A stretch of DNA of 34,359 nt from Opitutales bacterium (GTDB lineage: Bacteria > Verrucomicrobiota > Verrucomicrobiia > Opitutales > JABSRG01). A model generated the notes under the pieces. That model saw only the letters and a list, made by a program, of their open reading frames with translations. It did not search any database and was not told the DNA's origin. Numbering within the stretch: position 1 is the first letter of the stretch; each line of letters starts with the position of its first letter. The DNA is taken from NCBI GenBank assembly GCA_049599475.1, contig JBMYOQ010000047.1:1-34359 (forward strand), read 5' to 3'. A program made the translations under genes and the position numbers. Of this stretch, positions 26,301 to 34,359 are shown one piece after another.

Positions 26301-29122
26301 AAGCGGGCCGGTATCGAGTAGAGGCTCGAGGAAACGAAGACGGCGCCAGACGACCGCGCCTGGACTACCTAGACATCCTAATTGGCGATCAAAACATGCG
26401 CCTAGAGGCAGAAAACGTGCCCCTAGAAAATATTGTAAACGGCACTATCACCGCATCCGAGGACGCTTCAGCAGGCGCATATGTGAAAAGGAGCGGCGGC
26501 TTCAGCATCACCTGGGAATTTGATGCAGGCCCCGAGGGCGGACTCTTCGATGCAGCCTTCGGTGTCGCGTCAAACAGAGAAAATAGCAACATGCGCAGAT
26601 TGGATGTCATCCTAAACGGAAATCTCTTGCCCACTCAACTCGAGCGAAACGTTAAGAGCTTCGAGCCTCCCATACCCTATCCCCTCGAACTAGTCGCAGG
26701 AGTAAACACCATTGAACTGAGTGATCCTAGCAATGGCCGCGCCCTCGAGGTCGACTATATGGATATATTAATCCCCGAGTATATTCCACCAGAAGTGTTG
26801 ATGCCGCAGAGCAGCGGACAGATGGCCCTGGATAGCACCAATCGACTAATTATCTCGATAAATCCCGACAACGATACCATCACAGCAATCAATGCGGATA
26901 CACTCGCAAAGGAATGGGAAAAGGCCGTAGCCACCAATCCACGCAGCTTAGCCATCGATGCAAATGGCCTCATCTGGGTCGCTTGCCATGAGGGCGATAC
27001 TATCAGCATTATCGATCCGATCAACCCCGCAAACGATCAAGAACTGGCACTGAATTATGGCTCTGGGCCACACGACATTGTTTTTAACCAAGATAAGACC
27101 ATAGCGTATATTTCACTATACACTGCCGGCCAGGTGATTCAATTGGATGCCACCCTGATCAATGATCCCCAAGCGGACCTATTGATCGACACAGTAGATG
27201 TGGGACCCTTCCCTGCGGCCCTTGCGCTCAATCCTGGAGGCTCCGAGCTATATGCGACTCGCTTCATTTCTCCGACCGACAATGGAGAGCTCTATGTCGT
27301 AGCGATCGATGCCGAGACTGGTGTCATGACGGCTCAGCCGACAATTTCACTCGCGAAAGAGGTCGACGTAGAAGACGGAAATAATCAAGGCCGCGGCGTT
27401 CCCAATTACCTTTCCAGCATCGTTATCAATGCGGACGGAACTAGGGCCTTTGTAGCGTCACAGAAAGTGAATACACTTGCAGGCGAGCTCGTTGATCCTA
27501 CAGGCACAATCCTCAATCACGATTCTACAGTTCGCAGTATCCTGTCTAAAGTTGATCTCGCTTCGAAAACGGAAGACTTCGAGGGCCGCCACGATTTCGA
27601 CAGTGGCTCGCAGCCATCAGCCCTTACCTTCTCCTCCCGAGGAGACTACATCTTCGTCGCGATGCAAGGCAACAATCACATCCGCGTGATCAATACTGTG
27701 CTCGATGCCGAGGTATTAGAATTGGAAACAGACTTGGCCCCGCAAGGTTTGATTTTCGACGAAGCGACCAACCGCCTCTTCGTGAAAAACTTTATGGGCC
27801 GCACGATCACCGTCCACGAGCTTAACCAGGCGATGACTACCGGTGACTTCACGAACACGACCCCTCAGGACATTAGCACGGTGGCCAATGAGGTCCTCCC
27901 AGATAATATTCTCCTTGGTAAACAGATCTTCTACAATGCGGACGACCTACGCATGAGTGATGAGAGTTACATGTCCTGCGCCTCCTGTCACCAAAACGGT
28001 GGGCACGACGGCGTGGTGTGGGACTTCACTCAACGCGGTGAAGGCCTGCGTAATACCACGGACTTACGGGGTCGCGCAGGCATGGGTCACGGCAACGTGC
28101 ACTGGTCGGCAAATTTCGATGAAATTCAAGATTTCGAACTCGACATTGTAAACGAATTCGACGGCAACGGCTTTATTGAAAACGGCACGCCCCATCCATC
28201 CATGGGCACGCCCAATGCAGGACGTAGTGACGATCTGGATGCACTGGCGGCCTATGTAGCCTCCCTGGCTCAAGAGACGATTCCTGCAAGTCCGAACCGG
28301 CAAGCAGATGGCACCCTCACGCCTGATGCCCTCCATGGAAAACGACTTTTCGAAGGCCAGCTCACATTGGCTTCCGGAAATACCCTAAACTGCATAGAGT
28401 GTCACGTATCTGAATTTCAATTCACCAATAGCGTAATCTCCAACGATAGCTTTGGGGCCCCGAATCTACACGATATAGGTACGCTCAAAAGCAGCTCAGG
28501 TGGACGTCTGGACGGCAGCCTTACCGGTATCGACACTCCCACACTTTGGGGACTCCATGACGGCGGTCCTTATCTGCACGATGGCAGCGCGGCTACAATT
28601 GAGGCAGTCTTCGATCAATTCGATGCCAACGCCGCAATAGGCGAAGATGGCGCTGCACACAACTTGGGAGCTACGGGCTACAACCTCACTCTAGAGGAGA
28701 AGGCAAGCCTCTTAGCCTATCTCTACCAAATCGACGGCACGGACCTTCAGCAAATGAACGCCAACACCTGGATGGCTTCCTGGGGCCCCAACCCACTCGA
28801 TCCAAATGCCGACATCGATGGCGATACACTCAACAATTTCTCAGAATACATTTTTGGCGGAAATCCATTCATCGCCAATGGTCCAGACATCCTACCACGA
28901 ATCGTATCAGAAAACGGAGAATTCAAATTCCGCCTAAACTGGCGCTCCAATGATCCAGATATCCAATACGCAGTGCAGAACTCTCTGGACTTGGAAACAT
29001 GGACTGAAGCCTCCCTATCCGTATCCTCAGTAGAAGCGCTGAGTGATTACATAGACTCAATCGACTTCTCAATCCCAATGGACACCGCAGAAAAATTTTT
29101 CCGCCTCTCGGCATCGGACTAA
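23327..29122 (+). CDS. Giant secreted multidomain di-heme c protein: N-terminal beta domain, LVIVD-like propeller, Ig-like (Big_5), PKD, two CBM35/CBM6-like modules, YVTN propeller, bCcP/MauG-type di-heme domain, C-terminal tail domain
   Basis: Signal peptide. 'YDISDPSAP' repeats, 'YQWDFGDG' PKD, two 'RLEAEN...(L/V)DY.DI' modules. CASCH (27977-27991), CIECH (28391-28405), 'RNTTDLRG', 'HWSANFDEIQDFE' and 'DTPTLWGL...PYLHDGSA'. Confidence 0.85.
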   Translation: MLPATLKCLSIAVGSVLLYHSTSAQVSFRSDTSAATPTKSFFYNWNGFEVQWYGPSIGFVDGDEFNGAPVGGRSFTQPYSQNSFAYEISAVMSWDTATAVQSIVDPDSLPGINSFLDYLAGLTPAEVNKHGGSQYGLGVENNNNHDADGNQIDANRRDKIDDVGEALVIQFDLQGSLAMPDPANADETQGESYTFGPDDSYTFENTGLNEYAALTLEELYIKKYSTANNPTNARIDFLFYDVSENTFVQDSLDGDAFYEYLNLDASNFILTGPWTIEHGDILILAHPTNEANNLSMLSNELWSMTFDLDFNPPPAPTIEIPADPADFPQHPYTPGFQNIWREDGETVAMYRTEQNNDTTRTVVMDFHRGYLLTENRGTSDGNKGTRIVFDISGTSAPLNEGEDPNTRFPSEFYRDINADAGQHNAWMYAPDHRINRSQWADVSDMSDVHNVGFPDGYVGVGSNGLRSAYVLPYHYSSPINSGFAVWDARTNTQLSLANDHGFGGMVMPVGNIMLISQLRAGEKAVATYDISDPSAPVLLDVLRGENPQWRNTAAGSYEPSVYNHYMVIPASVNGGSVTFVDYSDPANLRVHEIVKPVEGSERYIQFKDHRMFAGTEVIDITHLDGGIVSREHNFPGHKGEYMLPLGNLVVCAENSEQGAENMGAIFAFQAEPDVVAPKVTYHIPAAGAEHQRVTSRIGLMIHETLDLTSLNENTLKVFPVSDLTETSIDGTRTASDKDIITFTPNAPLSPETTYRVVAEGIKDIVGNPMERFTFDFTTEGPDSLWYPIVNNFGFTNTDDLLVNQPVYFSFDASPDNGEDPSTLEYQWDFGDGKTTAWSNENQSISHSYTTEGLFRIKAKVRSVNAPSLSVARSIQVSIIQKAAGEDGFEPRLEAENMTNSSIGESESASNGAYSRAGSVPFTFNAVPGVYDFVLRFSHDKNNGSHREYDIFFSKGTLNEDGSYSYTEIQEWPSLIPANTTWEESVNAVYITEAGRYRVEARGNEDGARRPRLDYLDILIGDQNMRLEAENVPLENIVNGTITASEDASAGAYVKRSGGFSITWEFDAGPEGGLFDAAFGVASNRENSNMRRLDVILNGNLLPTQLERNVKSFEPPIPYPLELVAGVNTIELSDPSNGRALEVDYMDILIPEYIPPEVLMPQSSGQMALDSTNRLIISINPDNDTITAINADTLAKEWEKAVATNPRSLAIDANGLIWVACHEGDTISIIDPINPANDQELALNYGSGPHDIVFNQDKTIAYISLYTAGQVIQLDATLINDPQADLLIDTVDVGPFPAALALNPGGSELYATRFISPTDNGELYVVAIDAETGVMTAQPTISLAKEVDVEDGNNQGRGVPNYLSSIVINADGTRAFVASQKVNTLAGELVDPTGTILNHDSTVRSILSKVDLASKTEDFEGRHDFDSGSQPSALTFSSRGDYIFVAMQGNNHIRVINTVLDAEVLELETDLAPQGLIFDEATNRLFVKNFMGRTITVHELNQAMTTGDFTNTTPQDISTVANEVLPDNILLGKQIFYNADDLRMSDESYMSCASCHQNGGHDGVVWDFTQRGEGLRNTTDLRGRAGMGHGNVHWSANFDEIQDFELDIVNEFDGNGFIENGTPHPSMGTPNAGRSDDLDALAAYVASLAQETIPASPNRQADGTLTPDALHGKRLFEGQLTLASGNTLNCIECHVSEFQFTNSVISNDSFGAPNLHDIGTLKSSSGGRLDGSLTGIDTPTLWGLHDGGPYLHDGSAATIEAVFDQFDANAAIGEDGAAHNLGATGYNLTLEEKASLLAYLYQIDGTDLQQMNANTWMASWGPNPLDPNADIDGDTLNNFSEYIFGGNPFIANGPDILPRIVSENGEFKFRLNWRSNDPDIQYAVQNSLDLETWTEASLSVSSVEALSDYIDSIDFSIPMDTAEKFFRLSASD

Positions 29123-29177
29123 AGGTAGATATTTCATTCGGATAGGCACCCACATCTAACGTGGCCCTCGACCCCAC

Positions 29178-29264
29178 GTGTTTTCGTTTATTCTGCTTGA
29201 TCCACTCCTCCAAGATCCGGAGTGGTAAGGCGAAGCGTCCCTGATGAGCCGCGGCATTTAAGCC
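29178..29264. repeat. Dispersed repeat, inverted homolog of 1211-1295
   Basis: Collinear match including GGCTTAAAT, GGGACG.TTCGCC..ACCACTCC and CAGAATAA.CGAAAA.AC. Confidence 0.75.
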
Positions 29265-29314
29265 TATATTAGCTCTCAGGGAGCCCGGTCAACCTAGGAG
29301 AGGCGGTTTCTAAG

Positions 29315-29428
29315 GTGGTGGCGCCGGATCACCGCACCCGGCATGAGCGCGTTAGCAACAGCCAACAGTCTAAGCGGCTAAAGCCGAGTCATGCTCGCTC
29401 GGTGAGCGAGCGCTACCTAAATAGAGAT
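29315..29428. repeat. REPIN-like doublet, inverted copy of 17125-17234
   Basis: About 5 mismatches across the two arms, with a variable middle. Two inward-facing GGTRG-CGC hairpin units. Confidence 0.85.
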
Positions 29429-29731
29429 CCCACCCAAGAATCTGAAATTTATTCGGGGTTAAGTCGAAACGGTCCAAGCCACAAAAAGGCCGCAATTTTT
29501 CGTTAAAATGCGACAACGGGCTAGGCAGGTTCATCTCCGAAAATAAAGGGGCTTGAATTTATTTATTCAACCGTTATCGATCACAACTCAGGTTCATAGA
29601 CCCACATTACCCCCCGGCGCTCACACCACCCTGCGCCTGCTCTACTCACCCTCTATTAACTTCCATTCTTCGCTCTTGGTTTCAAATCAGCGATTTCGGC
29701 AGTTAAAAATCACCATCACCACACACCACAA

Positions 29732-32700
29732 ATGTTCCCCCTGCCTTGCTCTTTTGCTCGGAGGAATCGGCTTTTGTATGCCCTTTTCTCGCTCTTAATA
29801 AGCACCCTTTCAATCCACGCCCAAATCCCAGGTTTAATTGAAGCCGAAGACTTCGACCCCGGCGGCCCAGGAGTGGCCTATTTCGATACCACTGCTGGTA
29901 ACAACGGAGACAGTTACCGGGCTGAAGATGTAGATATTCAAACAGCGGATGATGTGCTCGGTGGAGGGTTCAATATCGGCTGGACGACGACTGGCGAGTG
30001 GCTGCAATACACCGTCAGCGATATCACGCCAGGCGATTATTATTTTATGCTTCGCGTAGCTCGGAGACCCAGCGGAACCTCGGATATCGAAATTAGTATC
30101 GATGGTGAAATCGTCGATACAATCTCCGCATTGTCCACAGGCGACTGGCAAACATATGTAACGCTCAACACTGCAGAGCAAATCACCTTCGATGGTAGCC
30201 CTGTCGTCATCCGCATCACGTTCCTCGAAGGCAATGTAAATCTGAATTGGATTGAGACGACAGACACCCTACCCGAAAACGACCTGGGCTTCCCGAACGT
30301 CCCACAGACTGAAGGAGCTATTCTTGGAAGCGCCTACGTAAATGGAGCCAGCGACGACGTTCGCACCGTCGTGATGACGTATTTCGATAAATACCTCTTC
30401 ATGGAATCACGCAGCGTACCAGCTGACGGCGAAGGCGGCGCCACTCAAGTATGGGATATTTCCAATCCAACAAGCCCAGTCGAAGTCACTCGAATCGGCC
30501 AAGACCGAATCATGCACACCTCCTTCGTCCACATTACCGCAGCCGGCGAATATTATCTAATCAACTCCACACGCAACAATCGTCCCGGCAAAAATTTCGT
30601 CAACATCACCAACCCGCTCAACCCGGTCCGCGAGATTCCCCCAGGCCACAATCCGGATGATTTCGGCACGCGCGGTGCCCACCTCCTGCCCTACCAATAT
30701 AGCGGAGGTTCAACGATAAGAATCTACAACACACTAACGGGTGAAAGAAAAGAGGTCTCTGATCATGGCTTCGAAGGGCAACCCACGCTTATCGGCAACC
30801 TTATGGTAGTTATGGGGGTGCGCGGGCAAAGCCGCCAAATTGCCACCTACGACGTCGGCGACCCCATGAACCCTGAATTTAAAAGCGTATTGAATCTGTC
30901 CAGCAACACCGCGCAAGATCCCGACTCAAACCCAGCCTACGAGCCTGCTATCTGGAAACATTACGCGGTGTTTCCCAACGTACTCTCAGGTAGCAACGCA
31001 GACGACGTAGCCTTCATCGATTTTTCCGATCCGATGGGGCTAGAGCATGTCGTGTATTCCAATGGCGACGGCACTTACGGCACAGGACTCCCCGGAAGAA
31101 CACGGTATGCACAATTTCAGGACAACTTCATGTTTGTCGGTTCCGGAAAATATAACCTCACCCCGATAGAAGACGGCGGTGAACCCGTGCTCGATCTGGC
31201 CTTTCTAGAACAAAACGGTGAATACCTCCTCCCAATGGGTAACCTTCTGATGAGCGCCGAGAACACAGAACAAGGGAGTATACCCGACGCCGCAGGTCCT
31301 TACCCATTTCAAATAATCGCTCACCAAACCGCGCCCGACGAGACTCCTCCAACAATTGCCTACCACATTCCCCGAGACGGTGAAGGCAACCAACACATCA
31401 AAAGCCGTATCGGCGTCGTCATTCACGAGACACTAAACTTAAAAACCATCAACGCCACCACTTTCCGCGTCTTTCCGACAAGTGGCGGTGCCGACGTGCC
31501 AGGCAGCTGGAACGTTCACGATAAAGACATTCTTACCTTCACCCCTGACAGCGACCTAGAAGAAGCCACTGAATACACCGTGCTCCTTGAAGGCATTGAA
31601 GATGTTGCAGGGAACGCGATGCTAGCCGATTCCTTTACATTTACCACATCTGGTGCCGGTGGATTCCCTCCGATAGTCCTCGCAGACTTCAACTATACAG
31701 GATACCCCGCCCCCGTAGGAGCACCCACCCCGTTCTCAGTAAGCGCTAGCGGAGGCGATGGCACCTTCGAATACCGCTGGAGCTTCGGTGACGGAACCAT
31801 TTTAGACTGGGCAGCCAACAATGCTTCTCCCAGCCACACATACGCCTCGGAAGGTCACTACACCGCGCAGGTATTCGTACGGGACAGCAGCGGAAACGAT
31901 CGCTCTTCAAGCCCCCTAAAAGTCACCGCGACCAATGCCACCGTGCCCGCGACCCCTCCTATCGCAAGCAGCCAGATTATCCTCAATTCCACTGAAGACA
32001 CGGTCTGGACCGTTTTCCCAGACAACAACCGCGTCCTCGCTATCGATACAGCAACCCACTCCATCGCGCACAATATAGACCTCGGCCTCAACTCCGACCC
32101 ACGCAGCGTAGCTGAAGATGGAAACGGACAAATCTGGGTAACGTGCATCGATGGTGACCGCATCGATATCCTCAGCGGCACCACCGGGCTTCTCGTCGAC
32201 TCAATCGCCACACCCATAGGTTCACGCCCGCACGACATTATCTTCGACGCTGCGAAGACCTTCGCATACGTCAGCCTCAAAGGCTCTGGACAAATGCTCC
32301 GCATCGATCCGGCCTCCCATGATCTCGTCTTCCTCGATGCCGGCCCCACCCCCACTGCGCTCGCCATAGACCCATCCAGCGACCGCCTCTTCGTCTCACG
32401 ATTCATTTCCCCAGACACTCACGGCGAAGTGCGCGCATATTCAATCAATAATGAATTTGTGCTCGACCACACCTTCACCCTTCAAAAAGACACCATATCC
32501 GCTGAAAACGGCCAGATCGGGCGGGGACTCCCCAACTACCTAGCCGGCGTCGTCATCAGCCCCGATTCTCAATACGCCTATGTGAGCTCCAAGAAGGACA
32601 ACATCGACCGCGGCGAATCCACCGTGCGCTCCGGCGATCCCTTCACGTTCGAGACCACCTCACGGCCCATTCTCTCCAAACTCGATCTGGTAAATGACAC

Positions 32701-34246
32701 CGAAATTTTCAACGAACAGTTCGATTTCGACAATTCTTCCCAGCCAACCGCCATAGTATTCTCCCCACTCGGCGACTACGCATTCACAGCCCTCCAGGGA
32801 AATAATCGTATTATGATCGTGGATACATACAGCCACACCTTAGCAGGCAATATACCGAGTGGCTTCGCCCCCCAAGGCCTACTGCTCACCCCCTCCACAT
32901 ACCACCTTTATATAAAAAATCTCAATGACCGCTCAGTCACCGTTTATGACCTCACGGATGGTCTAATCCGTGGAGACTTCAGCGCACCGCCAATAGCAAC
33001 AATAAATCTCGGGAGTGAGATCATGGATCCCGATGTTCTCGCGGGGAAAATTGTCTTCTACAACGCCAGTATAGAAATGACGCAGGACGAATACATCAGC
33101 TGCGCACTCTGCCACCAGGATGGCGATCATGACGGCCGCACTTGGGACTTCACAGATCGCGGGGAAGGCCTCCGCAACACCACCAACCTCCGCGGGCGCT
33201 CAGGCCTGGCCCATGGCAATGTCCACTGGAGCGCAAATTTCGACGAAATCCAAGACTTCGAGCACGACATCATTGGCCCCTTCGGCGGCGATGGCTTTAT
33301 TCCAGGAGGCCCCAATCCTCCTTTAGGCAACTCAAATGCCGGCCTCAGCGATGCACTCGATGACCTCGCAGCCTACGTCACTTCTCTTGGATTGTCCTCG
33401 GTAGAAACAAGCCCTTACCGGGATGCCGATCGCTCCCTCTCCGCCCAAGGTAATGAGGGTAAACGTCTCTTTGAAGGCCAGCTCATTCCTGCCGCCGGCA
33501 CTCCACTAAATTGCATCGATTGCCACACGCCCGAATCCGATCGATACACCGACAGCACACTCGGCACAAATTTCACACTTCACGATGTAGGGACCCTCCG
33601 CAGCAGCTCCGGGAATCGCTTAGGCGGCGACCTTGACGGTATCGACACGCCTACGCTGCTCGGATTACACGCTTCGGCCCCGTACTTCCACGATGGCAAT
33701 GCAGCGACCCTAGAAGAGGTCTTCGATCCATCTCGGGTAAGTGCGACTCCTGGCGAGACAGGCAATGTGCATGATTTGACAGCAACAGGCTTCAATCTAA
33801 ACACCCGCGAACGAGAAAGCCTAATAGCCTACCTCAAGCAGATCGACGGACGTGCAATTGGCAGCACCAGCCTCAGCGAATGGCTCCTGACTTGGGGCCA
33901 AGACTTGGGAGGCGGCACTGTCGATCTTGATGGCGACCAATTCACAAGCGAAGCTGAGTATTTCTACGGAGGTAATCCAGTCCTAGCCGATGCGGGAGAA
34001 CAAATCCCCTACTTCTTCATGGACGGCGATGACATGAAGTTCAGCTTCATCCGCCGCATCAACGATCCGACACTCATATACACCATCTGGAGCTCTGCAG
34101 ATTTAGAAGAATGGATGGAAGAAACAAGCTTACCCACCCCAGAAACCAACGATCTCAACGAAGCGCTGCAGGAAGCCATCTACACCATACCACCCACTCA
34201 GCAAAACATGTTCTTCAAAGTAAGCGCCACCAACAGCGTTTTCTAA
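29732..34246 (+). CDS. Paralogous giant secreted di-heme c protein: CBM6, LVIVD-like propeller, Big_5, PKD, YVTN propeller, di-heme domain, C-terminal tail domain
   Basis: Signal peptide. CBM6 'IEAEDFD...NIGWTTTGEWLQYTV...TGDWQTY...NVNLNWI', 'YRWSFGDG'. CALCH (33101-33115), CIDCH (33512-33526), 'HWSANFDEIQDFE' and 'DTPTLLGL...APYFHDG'. Confidence 0.87.
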   Translation: MFPLPCSFARRNRLLYALFSLLISTLSIHAQIPGLIEAEDFDPGGPGVAYFDTTAGNNGDSYRAEDVDIQTADDVLGGGFNIGWTTTGEWLQYTVSDITPGDYYFMLRVARRPSGTSDIEISIDGEIVDTISALSTGDWQTYVTLNTAEQITFDGSPVVIRITFLEGNVNLNWIETTDTLPENDLGFPNVPQTEGAILGSAYVNGASDDVRTVVMTYFDKYLFMESRSVPADGEGGATQVWDISNPTSPVEVTRIGQDRIMHTSFVHITAAGEYYLINSTRNNRPGKNFVNITNPLNPVREIPPGHNPDDFGTRGAHLLPYQYSGGSTIRIYNTLTGERKEVSDHGFEGQPTLIGNLMVVMGVRGQSRQIATYDVGDPMNPEFKSVLNLSSNTAQDPDSNPAYEPAIWKHYAVFPNVLSGSNADDVAFIDFSDPMGLEHVVYSNGDGTYGTGLPGRTRYAQFQDNFMFVGSGKYNLTPIEDGGEPVLDLAFLEQNGEYLLPMGNLLMSAENTEQGSIPDAAGPYPFQIIAHQTAPDETPPTIAYHIPRDGEGNQHIKSRIGVVIHETLNLKTINATTFRVFPTSGGADVPGSWNVHDKDILTFTPDSDLEEATEYTVLLEGIEDVAGNAMLADSFTFTTSGAGGFPPIVLADFNYTGYPAPVGAPTPFSVSASGGDGTFEYRWSFGDGTILDWAANNASPSHTYASEGHYTAQVFVRDSSGNDRSSSPLKVTATNATVPATPPIASSQIILNSTEDTVWTVFPDNNRVLAIDTATHSIAHNIDLGLNSDPRSVAEDGNGQIWVTCIDGDRIDILSGTTGLLVDSIATPIGSRPHDIIFDAAKTFAYVSLKGSGQMLRIDPASHDLVFLDAGPTPTALAIDPSSDRLFVSRFISPDTHGEVRAYSINNEFVLDHTFTLQKDTISAENGQIGRGLPNYLAGVVISPDSQYAYVSSKKDNIDRGESTVRSGDPFTFETTSRPILSKLDLVNDTEIFNEQFDFDNSSQPTAIVFSPLGDYAFTALQGNNRIMIVDTYSHTLAGNIPSGFAPQGLLLTPSTYHLYIKNLNDRSVTVYDLTDGLIRGDFSAPPIATINLGSEIMDPDVLAGKIVFYNASIEMTQDEYISCALCHQDGDHDGRTWDFTDRGEGLRNTTNLRGRSGLAHGNVHWSANFDEIQDFEHDIIGPFGGDGFIPGGPNPPLGNSNAGLSDALDDLAAYVTSLGLSSVETSPYRDADRSLSAQGNEGKRLFEGQLIPAAGTPLNCIDCHTPESDRYTDSTLGTNFTLHDVGTLRSSSGNRLGGDLDGIDTPTLLGLHASAPYFHDGNAATLEEVFDPSRVSATPGETGNVHDLTATGFNLNTRERESLIAYLKQIDGRAIGSTSLSEWLLTWGQDLGGGTVDLDGDQFTSEAEYFYGGNPVLADAGEQIPYFFMDGDDMKFSFIRRINDPTLIYTIWSSADLEEWMEETSLPTPETNDLNEALQEAIYTIPPTQQNMFFKVSATNSVF

Positions 34247-34311
34247 TACCTACGACACATAAAGGCGAATAGTCTCGATGAGCGGCTGAGGGCTTTACGG
34301 AAGTCTTATAT

Positions 34312-34359
34312 CGGTTCTCAAAAGTGTTTTCGTTTATTTTGGTAGAAGCCGACGACCCC
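34312..34359 (+). repeat. Start of another end-motif plus GGTAG REP element (truncated by the window edge)
   Basis: CGGTTCTCAAAAGTGTTTTCGTTTATTTTGGTAGA matches the reverse complement of 13696-13731. GGTAG....GACGACCCC matches 4586-4604. Confidence 0.7.

Noticed and set aside
26975..26995. 'WVACHEG' as a third heme site in the 1931-aa protein
   Set aside because: It has only one Cys, so it is not CxxCH, and the paralog has 'WVTCIDG'.
17125..29428. Repeats as a CRISPR array or integron attC sites
   Set aside because: The copies are dispersed and inverted rather than regularly spaced with unique spacers. There are no cas or integrase genes and no consistent RYYYAAC/GTTRRRY ends.
29315..29506. 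63-aa ORF between the two giant genes
   Set aside because: It is a translation of the REPIN-like repeat.

Overview
Bacterial chromosomal window, about 50% GC. It most likely comes from a marine Verrucomicrobiota (Opitutia/Puniceicoccales-like) organism, inferred from the PEP-CTERM protein, the C-terminal tails of the secreted proteins and the CAZyme/sulfatase content. It holds four blocks. (1) 1.5-8.4 kb: a galactose uptake/Leloir cluster with an SSS sodium:sugar symporter, an XylR-type regulator and galT-galK-galM, where GalK is sequence-atypical. (2) 9.6-13.6 kb: a housekeeping run of Ser/Thr kinase, rpoN, mnmM(ytqB)-like and trhO. (3) 13.9-22.0 kb, minus strand: a sulfated-fucan (fucoidan-type) degradation cluster of esterase, GH29, GH141-like beta-helix, sulfatase and Tat-exported Gfo/Idh/MocA. 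(4) 22.2-34.2 kb: a PEP-CTERM gene divergent from two giant paralogous secreted proteins (1931 and 1504 aa). Each combines carbohydrate-binding modules, an LVIVD-type beta-propeller, Ig-like/PKD domains, a YVTN propeller and a di-heme bCcP/MauG-superfamily domain. These CBM-carrying di-heme proteins beside a fucoidan locus are the best candidate for an undescribed system, possibly extracellular oxidative chemistry on glycans. Almost every large intergenic gap also carries a mosaic of GGTAG-hairpin REP/REPIN units nested inside short IS-like terminal inverted repeats. No rRNA, tRNA, CRISPR array or transposase was seen.
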